From the IMG/VR virus record IMGVR_UViG_3300043451_000043: DNA of 64,000 nt; one strand, given 5' to 3'. Shown piece by piece: positions 29,289-39,648 of the stretch. Every line of letters starts with the position of its first letter. The first letter of the stretch is position 1. This DNA comes from a virus. Made by a program: the position numbers and the translations under genes. Under the pieces are notes generated by a model. That model did no database searches. It was not told the origin of the DNA and saw only the letters and a list, made by a program, of their open reading frames with translations.

Positions 29289-32200
29289 ATGGCCTACTCA
29301 ATTCGCCTCCCAGATGGTTCGCTGGTTCAGAACATCCCTGACAACATTCCACCACACGAGGCGAAGGCTCAAATCCTGCAATCCCGACCTGAGTTCGGCG
29401 ACACCAAACGTTCATGGGGCGAAGCTGCCGGTGACATCGGCGCAAGTGCGTTATCTGGTTTGGGCTCGTTGGCCCAGCTCCCCGGCCAAGCCTATGGGCT
29501 GGCCACAGGTGACTTCGATACTGGCATCCTGCAAGGAGCCAAGAAGTTGTCCAAGTTTGGTGAAAGCCTCAAGTCGGAAGGCTTGCAGGCACGCGAAGCA
29601 AAGCGCGACATCAAAGTAGCTGAGGCCGAGAAGAACGGCCAGCTCAGTGCATTCGGCACGTCGTTTGCCGAGACAGTCAAAGACCCCGCACTGTTCACAT
29701 CGTTCCTTGCGGAACAACTCCCACAACTGTTTGTGCCCGGCTCCGCCGCTATGGGTGCTGGCCGCATGGCGTTTGCCAAGGCTGTTGCCTCTGGCGCTGG
29801 TGAGAAAGCTGCTACCGCTGCCGCAGTTGCCGCCGGTACGGCCGCAGCCAAAGGTGCTGGCGCAGTTCAGCAAGGTGCCGATGTTGGCGCTCAAGCCTAC
29901 GAAGACCTCTACAAACGCCTTGTCAAAGACGGCAAGTCCAAAGAAGAAGCCGCAGCCCAAGCTATTGGTTTAGCGCGTGCCACCGGCGCAAGTGCAGCGG
30001 CTATTTCTTGGTTAGCGCAGGGCTTGCCCGGCGCACAGGCACTTGAGAAGGCGCTCGCAGGTGGCGCTACGAAGTCTGGCATTGCCAAGGCGTTTGCCGC
30101 AGGTGCAGCCGGTGAGGGCGTCAGCGAGATGGTCGAAGAAGGTGGTGGTAAGTTCTCGCAGAACTTAGCCATGCGCGACATTGACCCAACCCAAGCCTTG
30201 ATGCAAGGTGTCGGTGCTACTGCGGGTCAAGCGGCCGTTGGCGGTGTTGGTATGGGCGGTGCCGCAGGTGCTATCTCCAGTGGTCGCGGTCGCCCCGATG
30301 TGGCGCAGGTAGCCAAAGCTGCCAACGTACCGGCTAGCGATTTAGAGAAAGCCAATAACGAACGCATCCTTCGCCAGCAACAAGAACAACTGAGCGCCGC
30401 ACAAGGCAAAGAAGCCCGTGCCGGTGAGAAACTTCTCGCAGCAGAAGACGCAGATTTGGCTGCCCAAGCAGCCGCAGACAGCAAGGCACGGGGCGAAGCA
30501 CTCGCTGCTCAAGAAGCAGAACTCCGCGCAAAGCGCGAGGCTGACCTGCAAGCAGCGTTCCCTTCCGACTACCAAGATGTGATGGCTGGTGCCAACGCAT
30601 ACGCCGAACTGTTCAAAGAGAAGCAGTCGCTTGAGGGTGAGCGCAAGACCAAAGAAGTCCGCGCTCGCATCGCGCAGCTCGACGCCCGTATGCTTGAGAT
30701 TACGGAAGCTGACACCCGCGTGGCTTCTGCTGTGGCACAACTGCAAAAAGATCAAGAGAAGCTGGCAAAAGCCGCTGGCTTCCCCGCCAAGAAGTCTGCC
30801 AAGGCTATGGAGAACGCGCCCGCGCAGATGGAAATGCGTGAAGCGTTGGATGTGCCCACCCAACCACAGACCGATTTGTTTGGTAACCCACTACAAGTCG
30901 CGCCTGACGAAGCCACACCGACCGCAGGCGACTTGCTTGACGGCGTGCCCATGACCACGCAGAACCTCGAAGACGCAGGGCTTGGTCCGACACGCAAAGA
31001 GATGGTTGCCGCAGGACAGCGCAATCTGTTCCAACAACGCCAGCCACGCGGCGGGAAAACCTCCACGCCAACACAAGCTGACACCGGTTTAGAACAAGCC
31101 GTCACAACAGAAGAGCAACCAGTTACCGAGCCCAAGAAGGTTGAGAAGCCTGTCGCGCTCACACCTGAGACTGTGCCCACCACCGTCACACCCGACGTGC
31201 TGGGTGCCTTGGGAATTGGCCGCACAGCCACGATTCGCAAAGCCGACCACGGCATCATGGGCAAAGACATCGCCGACCCAGCACAAGCTGGGGAAGTCAA
31301 GTCCATTCTTGAAGCCTACAAAGAAGGCCGTAGTGCCCCCATCCAGCAGAAGATTGATGCCTACCTCGCACGACCAGAGTTCCAAGCCGCCGCGCCTACC
31401 GCGCCGACTACAACGGGAGAAACAAATGCTCGACCAGTTAAGCAAAAAGGACGTGGAGCTAGCGTTCCAGCACCTGTCGAAACCGATACAGGAAGCGCCG
31501 CCCCCGCAGTTGCAGAATCTGAACGAGCTGGAATGGTTCCTGTTGGACAGGATGTTGGCGCAGATACTGGCCGAAAAGCAAAGTCAGCCGCTCCAGTAAA
31601 CATGTTTGAGCAGTTGGTGCAGAAGGAAAAAGCGCCAGAAGAAGGCACTACACCCGACACCACGCTCAAGTCACTCCCCGACGATGTTGAGGCAGAAGTC
31701 CCCGTCCATCTCCGCCCGTGGGGTGGCGTACAGCTATGGCGTCCAGAATCTCAAGGCGCGGAAGCAATGACCGACGTGCAGGCCGCCCTCCAAGAGAAAG
31801 CACGAGCGGGTGATGTACGTGGTGCCTTGCAGGCTATCCTTGACGCGCCAGCAGGTGTGTACAACGAACTCGACAAGCTGGTGGCAAAACGTCTGCTGGC
31901 TGCTAGCTCGCTACCCACGCTGGAAGTTGTGGCCGCCAAAGAAGGTTCACCTGACGGTACGTACGATGCCGTGAACGACCACGTGCAGTTGACTGAAGGT
32001 TCGGTCGGCAGTCACACACTCTTGCATGAGTTGGTCCACGGGTTCGTCCACCGCATGATTGCCCTGCACGAAGGCGGTATCTCCAAGAACCTGCATATCG
32101 GTAACCTGCGCCAGCTCTACGACTTTATCGCCAAGCAACATCCTGAATTGGTGAAGACCTACGGCATGACAAACCTGAGCGAGTTCGCCTCTGAGGTCAT

Positions 32201-35096
32201 GTCAAACAAGGCGTTCCAGAAAGAACTGCAAAAGATTACCTACCGCCGCGAGAACGCTTTCACCGCGTTTGCCAAATCCGTGCTGCGCATCTTGGGCATC
32301 TCCCCCACCGACCAGAACACCGCACTGGGCTCTGCCCTGATCTCGGTTGAAGCTGTCATGGGTGAAGGCCGCCGCCTGCAAGAATCCGCCAAGGGCACGA
32401 ACGTCGAAGGCTCTCTCGACAATATCGCCAACGTGTGGGGTCAGGGCACACTGGATGCCATCCGCCAGATTCAAGATGCTGTCGGCTCCGATACCCCCGA
32501 ACAAGTTGGTGGGGTAATGGAACAAGCGTTGAGCGGTATCAAGCGTGCGCGTGAGAAGACAGGTATCTTGGCGGCGTTCCGCCAAGCCGCCGTGAACAAG
32601 TACGCCACCGTGGAATCCAAGGTTTCGCAGATGTTCTCGCAAGGCGTGCGCGATGCGTTCGGCAACCTGAACCCGATGTTGCTGGTGCGCCAAGCTGACG
32701 ACAGTGCCAAGACCATCATGGACTTCTTCCGCGCTGGTGGTATCCGAATCAACAAAGATGGTTTGGTAGAAACCTTCGACACCGACGCATCCGCAACACA
32801 GGCGCTCAAGGAAATCCAAGCGTTTGCAGAAGCCGAAGGCATGGACTTCGACAAGGCGAAGAAGGACATCTCCACCGTGTTGGAAGGCCACCGCCTGCAC
32901 TCAATCCGCGAGTTCAACAACCAGCTTGAGCAGTCAGCCAAGATACTGGAAGCCCAAGGCAAGAACAAGCAAGCCGATGCAGAGCGTGCCCGCAAGATTC
33001 GTCTGCACATGACGAACCAAGAGATCGACACGCTCGAAGAAATCTACCAATCTACCCCCCGCATCCAGAAGGTGCAGGAAGTGTTCAACGCAACCCGCGG
33101 TCAAGCGATTGACTTGATGGTGGCCAGCGGCCGCATCACCAAAGAGCGCGGTGAAGATTGGAAATCGAACTCTGCCTACGTGCCGTTTGACCGTGTGCTG
33201 GAAGACATTGGCCCCAACCCTATGCCACGTGGCAAGGGCTTGGCCGTACTCGGCAGCGACCCAAAGATCAAAGGCTCGATGGAGAAGCCAATCAAAAACG
33301 CCATCGACTCGTACATGAACACCCTCGGCTGGATGGTCGAAGATGCCATGAAGAACCGCGCTGCGGTCGAGTTGCTGGAAACTATGGCCGGTGTTGGTTA
33401 CGCTGAGAAGCACGCCAAACCTAGCATGGCCAAGAATGAAAATCTCGTGGTGCCCCGCCTATTCCAAAACGGCGAGCCTGTGTACTTCGAGGTGCAGAAC
33501 GAGTTCGATATGGCTGCGTTCCAGCAGGCCCCAGAGATGACCAACTGGCTCATCAAGGGTCTGGCCGCCACCTCACGATTCATGCGCACCAGCGTCACGG
33601 CAATGCCACCATTTGCGGTCAAGCAGGTGCTGGAAGACGCGACCCGTGCTGCCATGTATTCCGGCGTGGAGCGCCCACTTGTTGTGGCAATGAAGACTTT
33701 GTACAACCTGCCCCGCACCTTCTATGGTGAGTGGACCGGCAAGAAGTCTCCTATGGTCAAGCGCATGGAAGAGTTGGGCATCATCGGTGACTTCGACTTC
33801 AACATCTACCAGCCAACCACCGAGATCGAAAAAGAAATCGGCGCAAAGAAACGTGGCACCGCGGGCACGATCTTCCACAGGCTCGAACAGTTCACCAAGG
33901 CATCTGACTTGGCCGCACGCTTGGCTGTGTACGAAGAGACGATGCGCGACACCAACGGCGACGAAGTGCTGGCCCAGACCCGCGCACGCGAACTGATTAA
34001 CTTCAACCGCCGTGGTTCGTCAGGTACCATGAACACGCTGTCCCGCGTGATTCCCTTCTTCAACGCGTACGCCCAAGGCTTGGATGTACTGTACCGTTCA
34101 GCGTCTGGTATCGACTCGACCAGCTCGATCGAACGTGGTGCAGCACGTCGTTTGTTCTGGAGCCGTGTTGGCATGATGACTGCCTTCGGCATGATGTACG
34201 CCTTGGCCATGTCGGGCGACGACGGCTACGAGAACGCAACGGATGACGTGCGTGACAACAACTGGATTCTGCCCGGTGGCTTCAAACTGCCTGTGCCAAA
34301 AGAATTGGGCTTCATCTTCAAGGTCATCCCAGAGCGTGTCGTCGAATACGCCAAGCGTTCTGGTACCCCAGAAGAGCAGAGCGTAGCTGAAGCGGTCACT
34401 GGCGTGCTCAAGTCGGCGCTGTCCACCTACGGTATGCCAAACACTGTGCCGTCCACCATCCGCCCTGTGCTGGAGAACATGACCAACTATTCGTTCTTCT
34501 TGCAGCGTGAGTTGGAATCCACCTCGATGCAGGGTAAGGAGCCCGGCCAGCGTTACACATCCAGCACATCTGAGTTGGCCAAGGCGATCGGTGAAGCCAC
34601 TAACATGTCGCCAATCAAGATCGACAACCTCATCCGCGGCTGGTTCGGTATGGTTGGTTCGACTACCCTGCTGGCTACCGACGCGATGTTGAACCCAACA
34701 CGCCCTGACCGCCCGATCTACCAGATGCCGTTTGCCAGCATCTTCTTGTACGACACGATTGGTGGCCGCGCCAAGAATGAGTTCTACGACGTTCAGAACA
34801 AGGCAGCGCAGGCTGAGAACACCTTCAACGATCTGCTGGAGAAGGACCCTGCCAAGGCTGAGAAATACCTTGAGAAAAACGAGGCTCTGATTAACGCAGC
34901 ACCGGTGCTGAACTCATCTCTCGAAGAGCTGTCCAACTTGCGCCGATTGCGCCTAATGGTGGAGCAGGGTACCGACGAAGAACTCGGCATGGATGGCGCG
35001 GAACGCCGCAAGTTCATCGACGAGATTCGCCAAAACGAAAACGAGTCCCTGCGCTACGTGCGCGAGTTGAAAAAGCAAATCAACGACGCGCAATAA
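29289..35096 (+). CDS. giant virion protein (~1935 aa) with zincin-like HExxH motif
   Basis: ATG at 29289 right after the previous stop. N-terminal ~900 aa A/E/K/Q-rich coiled coil. HELVH at 32025-32039. Last gene of the + block. Confidence 0.55.
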   Translation: MAYSIRLPDGSLVQNIPDNIPPHEAKAQILQSRPEFGDTKRSWGEAAGDIGASALSGLGSLAQLPGQAYGLATGDFDTGILQGAKKLSKFGESLKSEGLQAREAKRDIKVAEAEKNGQLSAFGTSFAETVKDPALFTSFLAEQLPQLFVPGSAAMGAGRMAFAKAVASGAGEKAATAAAVAAGTAAAKGAGAVQQGADVGAQAYEDLYKRLVKDGKSKEEAAAQAIGLARATGASAAAISWLAQGLPGAQALEKALAGGATKSGIAKAFAAGAAGEGVSEMVEEGGGKFSQNLAMRDIDPTQALMQGVGATAGQAAVGGVGMGGAAGAISSGRGRPDVAQVAKAANVPASDLEKANNERILRQQQEQLSAAQGKEARAGEKLLAAEDADLAAQAAADSKARGEALAAQEAELRAKREADLQAAFPSDYQDVMAGANAYAELFKEKQSLEGERKTKEVRARIAQLDARMLEITEADTRVASAVAQLQKDQEKLAKAAGFPAKKSAKAMENAPAQMEMREALDVPTQPQTDLFGNPLQVAPDEATPTAGDLLDGVPMTTQNLEDAGLGPTRKEMVAAGQRNLFQQRQPRGGKTSTPTQADTGLEQAVTTEEQPVTEPKKVEKPVALTPETVPTTVTPDVLGALGIGRTATIRKADHGIMGKDIADPAQAGEVKSILEAYKEGRSAPIQQKIDAYLARPEFQAAAPTAPTTTGETNARPVKQKGRGASVPAPVETDTGSAAPAVAESERAGMVPVGQDVGADTGRKAKSAAPVNMFEQLVQKEKAPEEGTTPDTTLKSLPDDVEAEVPVHLRPWGGVQLWRPESQGAEAMTDVQAALQEKARAGDVRGALQAILDAPAGVYNELDKLVAKRLLAASSLPTLEVVAAKEGSPDGTYDAVNDHVQLTEGSVGSHTLLHELVHGFVHRMIALHEGGISKNLHIGNLRQLYDFIAKQHPELVKTYGMTNLSEFASEVMSNKAFQKELQKITYRRENAFTAFAKSVLRILGISPTDQNTALGSALISVEAVMGEGRRLQESAKGTNVEGSLDNIANVWGQGTLDAIRQIQDAVGSDTPEQVGGVMEQALSGIKRAREKTGILAAFRQAAVNKYATVESKVSQMFSQGVRDAFGNLNPMLLVRQADDSAKTIMDFFRAGGIRINKDGLVETFDTDASATQALKEIQAFAEAEGMDFDKAKKDISTVLEGHRLHSIREFNNQLEQSAKILEAQGKNKQADAERARKIRLHMTNQEIDTLEEIYQSTPRIQKVQEVFNATRGQAIDLMVASGRITKERGEDWKSNSAYVPFDRVLEDIGPNPMPRGKGLAVLGSDPKIKGSMEKPIKNAIDSYMNTLGWMVEDAMKNRAAVELLETMAGVGYAEKHAKPSMAKNENLVVPRLFQNGEPVYFEVQNEFDMAAFQQAPEMTNWLIKGLAATSRFMRTSVTAMPPFAVKQVLEDATRAAMYSGVERPLVVAMKTLYNLPRTFYGEWTGKKSPMVKRMEELGIIGDFDFNIYQPTTEIEKEIGAKKRGTAGTIFHRLEQFTKASDLAARLAVYEETMRDTNGDEVLAQTRARELINFNRRGSSGTMNTLSRVIPFFNAYAQGLDVLYRSASGIDSTSSIERGAARRLFWSRVGMMTAFGMMYALAMSGDDGYENATDDVRDNNWILPGGFKLPVPKELGFIFKVIPERVVEYAKRSGTPEEQSVAEAVTGVLKSALSTYGMPNTVPSTIRPVLENMTNYSFFLQRELESTSMQGKEPGQRYTSSTSELAKAIGEATNMSPIKIDNLIRGWFGMVGSTTLLATDAMLNPTRPDRPIYQMPFASIFLYDTIGGRAKNEFYDVQNKAAQAENTFNDLLEKDPAKAEKYLEKNEALINAAPVLNSSLEELSNLRRLRLMVEQGTDEELGMDGAERRKFIDEIRQNENESLRYVRELKKQINDAQ

Positions 35097-35126
35097 AAAA
35101 TCCCCTCGGTGATGAGCCGAGGGGAG
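35094..35126 (-). terminator. hairpin terminator at the convergence point
   Basis: TCCCCTCGG-TGATGAGC-CGAGGGGA stem with an A6 run on the + side, which reads as T-run after the stem on the - strand. Confidence 0.55.
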
Positions 35127-35175
35127 TCCAACCGATAAAGGAGAGGTAGCATGAACAACTACCGCCTTTATTGTA

Positions 35176-35403
35176 TTACGCCGTGCGCCAGATGCGAACC
35201 CCCCACATGCCATTCTCGACACGCGCTTGGTACTTGGTCTTGTAGCCAAACTGACGGGCCCGCATCCGAATAGACGTGGCCACGCTGCGGTCGTCAAGGC
35301 AGGGGATGAAGAAGGACGAGCCCACTATGAACTCGCCCCACTCGATCTTTATTTGGACGCCCAGTACCTCAAGCGGCTTGGTCGTCTTCATTGGCCTTGG
35401 CAA
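35176..35403 (-). CDS. small hypothetical protein
   Basis: 75-aa ORF between the primase stop and the terminator. Overlaps the primase 3' end. Confidence 0.3.
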   Translation of the reverse strand: MPRPMKTTKPLEVLGVQIKIEWGEFIVGSSFFIPCLDDRSVATSIRMRARQFGYKTKYQARVENGMWGVRIWRTA

Positions 35404-38209
35404 TCACGGCATCGTGGTCGAACACGCGGCTCAGTGAGTCGTCAATCAGGATGGCGTTCACGGGTGGTGCAGATACCAGCATACCTTTAGCCATACGCTT
35501 CTTGACGGATTCCACGCGGATTCCATCGTTCTTCAAGGCGTTCAGCGTCTCGTGGTAGCTGACCTGATTCTTCGAACACCACTCCTTGAATTTCTTCTGG
35601 ACGAGGTACAGGCACTTGGTATCCATGTCATAACGAACCATCAGTTCATTACGCGGAGTCATAAGCGGTGGCTTCGGTAAACCGTTGTCCGCCGCGTTGT
35701 CGTGGCCAACCAAGATGCTGTTGATGTTCGAGTTGATGAACGAACCGATTGCAGATGTGCCGTCCACAGGGATAGCCTTCACGTCACCCTTGCCGCCGCG
35801 CAGGAACACGATGAGCCACTTGAAGATGCGTAGCACGTCCATGTCGATCAGGCCCAGCTTCTTGGCGATCAGGCCGCCTGTGATGGCAACTGCACCGATG
35901 GTGGACCAGAAGCGTTCGCGTTGGCCAAGGCCAGCGGCGGCATCCAACTTCAACTGCACGTCACGCAGGGTCTCCAACACCTCATCGAGATTGCTGACCA
36001 CATACTGCATGTAAATCTCACCGGCCATACCGAAGTTGTTGGGCAGCTTGCCGAACAGTGAATCAGTAAATTCCTTCGAGAAGTTTGCGTCGCGGGTGAT
36101 CTTCAATTCGATGATACGCATCAACTCACCCTCGGGGAATTCCTTGAGGGAGTACAGCTTGTCGTACAGGCTGCTGTTCGATGACGTGATGGCCAGCAAG
36201 CGCCACAACGTGTTGTTGATACGCTCGGCGTTGACCTGCGATTCCATACGGTTCTTGCCGCGCCCTTGGGTGATGGCGTAAGCCAACTGAGACACGACCT
36301 CTTCCTTCATGTTGGTCACCTCGTCGATCGTGACCGGCAGGTTGTTCATCACACCAAAGCGGAAAATCTTGGCGTTGTACGTATCGTCGTTCTGCAACAA
36401 CATGTCGAACGGTTGACCCCAGATGCTGTTGATCGCCATCTGCACGGTTGACTTGCCGGTGCCTGAGCCGGGGCTCATGAGGTTGACAATGCCGCCACGG
36501 ACCGGCGAGAACTTAATCAGCGGTGCGCCAAAGCCCAACAAGAACGCGAAACCTTGTGGTTCCATGCCGGGGTTGTCATAGAAGTTCACCACGGTCTTCC
36601 ACTCTTCCAGCGTGCCTTTCTTGGTCAGCATGGCGCAAGCCTGCATGATGCCTGTCGAGGGTGGGCTGTACTTGACGCCGTTCTTCGTGATCTCTCGGTC
36701 GCCCAAGATGAATGTGTTTTCGTCCGTCCACCCAAACTGGGTGCGTACCTTCTCTGCTTGTTCCATATTCTGTAATTCCTTTACCCAACGTGATACGTAG
36801 AACATGAGTTCGTTGACGGCTTTATCAAGCACGACCACACCATGCTCACCGACTGCATCGCGGAAACGGTCTTTTGACAGCGCGGCGGTCAGCGGGATAG
36901 AGAACTCACGCACCCCATCTTTTGGCAGGTGCAGACGCATCCATAGCACTTCACCCAATGCAGGGTCGTGCATACGCTTCACGACATAGAAGTCATTCTC
37001 ATAAACCAGCTTGTCGTTGTCGCCTTCTTTCTCAGCGTCAGAGCGGCGATACACGCCACCATACTTGCCACGGAAAAATGGGAATGGATATGACGGAATG
37101 TGATACGTGCGAAGGTCATGGGTCTCGGCATCTTCAGTGACAACGATGTTGTCTTCTTCGGTAGCTTCGGCAATCTCTTTGCCCAGCACGATTGGTGAAC
37201 CAAACTTGCCGTGGTGTTTGCAGTCTGCGCAAACCTTTGGGCGCAACGAATTGAAAACGTCACAGGTGTAAGGCCCCTTGGTTTGGCCAGCCTTGTACTC
37301 GGTCTCACCACGGTCGTAGGACGCGTGCTGGTCAGAGATAGTGTGGATAGCTTCGTCACGGTCAACGCAGTGTTGCGCAATCGAGAGGCCAGCTCGCCAT
37401 AGAGGTTCTTCGATGTCATTCTGCTCCTCCAGTATGTGGTTGAGCTGCGCACAACCTTCCAGCTTCAACATGATGATCTTGCTGAAACGGTAGGTGTTGT
37501 TTTTACCCATCAACGTCTTGCTGGTCTCATCCATCTCAGTTTGGCGGAGGTGCTCTGGGATGTCAAAGGGCAATGCGTTCGTAGGCTGGCTTGTCTCGGG
37601 TGCACCGAGGGCTTTTGCAAACTCAATCAGGTCAATCAAACCGAAGCCAGCGATGTACTCGACAGGCAAGGGGTTCGATGGGTCTTTGTAGTTGAGGGTG
37701 TCAGGCACGCGCAGGATGCGTGCGGTGTCAGTGGTACAGGCAGGGTCGGCTTCGAGGCCGCGCTCCACACAAACTTCTTTCAGGCGTTTCGCTACAGGTA
37801 ACCAGACATCCTTTGAAATTGCTTCTGGCAGCACCCAATACGTGTGTACCCCTCTGCCTGAGTTGATGCAGATGGGTTGTGGGAGATTGAGGTCGGCACA
37901 GAATTGGCCGAGTGCTGCGATTGCGTCTTCGCGGGTGGGGTAGGGCTTGTTGTCACCGCAGTCCAAGTCCAACCAAAAGGCTTTCAGTTGGGTGACGTTG
38001 GACGCTAGGCGACGTGGGTTGTCAGATTGTTCGAACGATGCGGGTGCGAAATATACGTCAGCACCTGCTGCATACATTTGGTCAATCTGAACCTCAAGCG
38101 AGGGGATGTCATTGGCGAACCGTGCGCGAACCTTGCCTTGCATAATCCCGACGGCGCAATACAAACCAGAGTCGGCAAGCACTGCTGTCAGGAATTCGTT
38201 TTTTGTCAT
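35369..38209 (-). CDS. primase-polymerase (Prim-Pol) fused to SF3 (D5-like) helicase
   Basis: N-terminal FWLDLDCGD (DxD) and SGRGVHTYW (sGxGxH) Prim-Pol motifs. C-terminal Walker A NLMSPGSGTGKST and Walker B-like VTIDEVTN. Confidence 0.7.
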   Translation of the reverse strand: MTKNEFLTAVLADSGLYCAVGIMQGKVRARFANDIPSLEVQIDQMYAAGADVYFAPASFEQSDNPRRLASNVTQLKAFWLDLDCGDNKPYPTREDAIAALGQFCADLNLPQPICINSGRGVHTYWVLPEAISKDVWLPVAKRLKEVCVERGLEADPACTTDTARILRVPDTLNYKDPSNPLPVEYIAGFGLIDLIEFAKALGAPETSQPTNALPFDIPEHLRQTEMDETSKTLMGKNNTYRFSKIIMLKLEGCAQLNHILEEQNDIEEPLWRAGLSIAQHCVDRDEAIHTISDQHASYDRGETEYKAGQTKGPYTCDVFNSLRPKVCADCKHHGKFGSPIVLGKEIAEATEEDNIVVTEDAETHDLRTYHIPSYPFPFFRGKYGGVYRRSDAEKEGDNDKLVYENDFYVVKRMHDPALGEVLWMRLHLPKDGVREFSIPLTAALSKDRFRDAVGEHGVVVLDKAVNELMFYVSRWVKELQNMEQAEKVRTQFGWTDENTFILGDREITKNGVKYSPPSTGIMQACAMLTKKGTLEEWKTVVNFYDNPGMEPQGFAFLLGFGAPLIKFSPVRGGIVNLMSPGSGTGKSTVQMAINSIWGQPFDMLLQNDDTYNAKIFRFGVMNNLPVTIDEVTNMKEEVVSQLAYAITQGRGKNRMESQVNAERINNTLWRLLAITSSNSSLYDKLYSLKEFPEGELMRIIELKITRDANFSKEFTDSLFGKLPNNFGMAGEIYMQYVVSNLDEVLETLRDVQLKLDAAAGLGQRERFWSTIGAVAITGGLIAKKLGLIDMDVLRIFKWLIVFLRGGKGDVKAIPVDGTSAIGSFINSNINSILVGHDNAADNGLPKPPLMTPRNELMVRYDMDTKCLYLVQKKFKEWCSKNQVSYHETLNALKNDGIRVESVKKRMAKGMLVSAPPVNAILIDDSLSRVFDHDAVIAKANEDDQAA

Positions 38210-38238
38210 GGCAGTTCATTTCGCTAAGGGTTAATCGG

Positions 38239-38463
38239 TCAGACGCGTTCGATGTATTTCATCAACTTATTCAACGTCGCAGGCTTTGGGTCGAACTCGC
38301 CAGTGAACCAGCCGTATACGGCAACGGTGCTCACACCAGCAACTTCGGCGACCTTACGGACGGGAATGTTTTTCTTAATACACACGCGGCCTAACTTAAC
38401 CCCGATGCGCTTGCCATCAGCGTCTTTGTTCTTCTGAACGATTGATAGGGAATAGCCGATCAT
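38239..38463 (-). CDS. HTH transcriptional regulator
   Basis: 74 aa. VRKVAEVAGVSTVAVYGW is a classic helix-turn-helix. Confidence 0.5.
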   Translation of the reverse strand: MIGYSLSIVQKNKDADGKRIGVKLGRVCIKKNIPVRKVAEVAGVSTVAVYGWFTGEFDPKPATLNKLMKYIERV

Positions 38464-38530
38464 GATTTTCTTTCTAAATGGGTGACCCCCAACGCGGGGT
38501 CTGTAGCTCCACGAATGGACGCGAAGGGGG

Positions 38531-38558
38531 TCGAAAAGATAGGCGGGTTGCCCCGCCC
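38531..38558 (-). terminator. putative intrinsic terminator
   Basis: GGCGGG-TTGC-CCCGCC stem followed on the - strand by TATCTTTTCG. Confidence 0.45.
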
Positions 38559-38562
38559 CTGA

Positions 38563-39441
38563 TTACTCAGCGTCGTCAGCCCACTCGTCAAGGACGGAAG
38601 CTACGCTCTTGCTTTCAACCTTGGTCTTGGTCACCTTGGTTGGCTCTTTGACAGGCTCATCAGATGAGCTTGCTGCTGGTGCTGCTTTAGCAAATGTTGC
38701 TGGCAGTGCGGGTGCCTTGTCGGTACCGTCCACTTGGTTCACTGTCATCGACACTGCGTTCAGTGCATCAGTGGATTCACCTTGTGCCTTGGCGCTGGCC
38801 ATCTCTTGCACGCTCAATGGGCGCACAGCTTTGAACGTCAGCTTAGGTGTGGCGCTGGCTGTGTCGAAACGCATCTCGGTCACAACGGCTGTCACGGGGA
38901 TACCGTGGCCGCCCAAGAACTTAGCGTACTGTTGCAATGGCATCTTGGCTGGGTCTGTGCCGAAGATAGATTGGCCGGGCAACGACAGTTGGTACACGTC
39001 GCCGTCGAGGTTGTTTTCCAAAGCCACAGCAATGCGTTGGTTGAAACGGCAAGCGCGTGAATCGCCTTGGCCAGAACCTTTGATGTTCTGTGGGCAGTTC
39101 TGGCAGTTAGTGGACTGCTTGTTCTTCGAGCTTGCGTCTGGTGCAACGCCGTCATTTGATTGGCACTCGGGTGATGCGTTCTGGCCTTCGACATACGAGC
39201 CAGCGTAGTAGCTGCGCGAAATCTTTTCAGCAGAGCGAACGATCACAACGTTCATAGCGCGGTCGTCGTTTTGTGCGACTTCCTTACCGCCGACGATCAT
39301 GCGGAACACGCCGCCTTTGATAGAGATGCGCTTGCCGTTACCACCAGAACCCATCAACGCTTTGGTTGTCGCGTCGAGTTCGAGGTTTTGCAAGTGTGCT
39401 GGCAGTGCGTTGCCGCTGGCGAATAAAGTGATTTCAGACAT
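38563..39441 (-). CDS. hypothetical Cys-cluster (zinc-finger) protein; possible ssDNA-binding role
   Basis: 292 aa. CQSNDG...CQNCPQ...C cluster and a Gly-rich N-terminus. Located in the replication module. Confidence 0.35.
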   Translation of the reverse strand: MSEITLFASGNALPAHLQNLELDATTKALMGSGGNGKRISIKGGVFRMIVGGKEVAQNDDRAMNVVIVRSAEKISRSYYAGSYVEGQNASPECQSNDGVAPDASSKNKQSTNCQNCPQNIKGSGQGDSRACRFNQRIAVALENNLDGDVYQLSLPGQSIFGTDPAKMPLQQYAKFLGGHGIPVTAVVTEMRFDTASATPKLTFKAVRPLSVQEMASAKAQGESTDALNAVSMTVNQVDGTDKAPALPATFAKAAPAASSSDEPVKEPTKVTKTKVESKSVASVLDEWADDAE

Positions 39442-39444
39442 GTG

Positions 39445-39648
39445 TTACTCCTTGGGTTGCAATGTTGCGTGGATGTTGTTGAATTGGGTGATGATGTTGT
39501 GGACCAAGCCTTCGACTTGTTCCATTGGCAGCTTGCGCAGCACACCAACGATGCCCTGCACTTCTTGCGCAGTCAGCACGATCGGGTACATCGGGTTCGC
39601 TGGGGTTGGTTCCTGTGAGGCTTCTGGGGTTTGGACTTCTTCGGTCAT
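39445..39648 (-). CDS. hypothetical protein
   Basis: 67-aa ORF, acidic. Confidence 0.4.
   Translation of the reverse strand: MTEEVQTPEASQEPTPANPMYPIVLTAQEVQGIVGVLRKLPMEQVEGLVHNIITQFNNIHATLQPKE

Noticed and set aside
29289-35096. Giant protein as an N4-like virion RNA polymerase or a siphovirus tape measure protein
   Set aside because: No recognisable single-subunit RNAP motifs were seen, and at ~1.9 kaa it is about half the size of N4 vRNAP. No major-tail, tail-chaperone or frameshift context upstream supports a tape measure. It is left as a zincin-motif virion protein.
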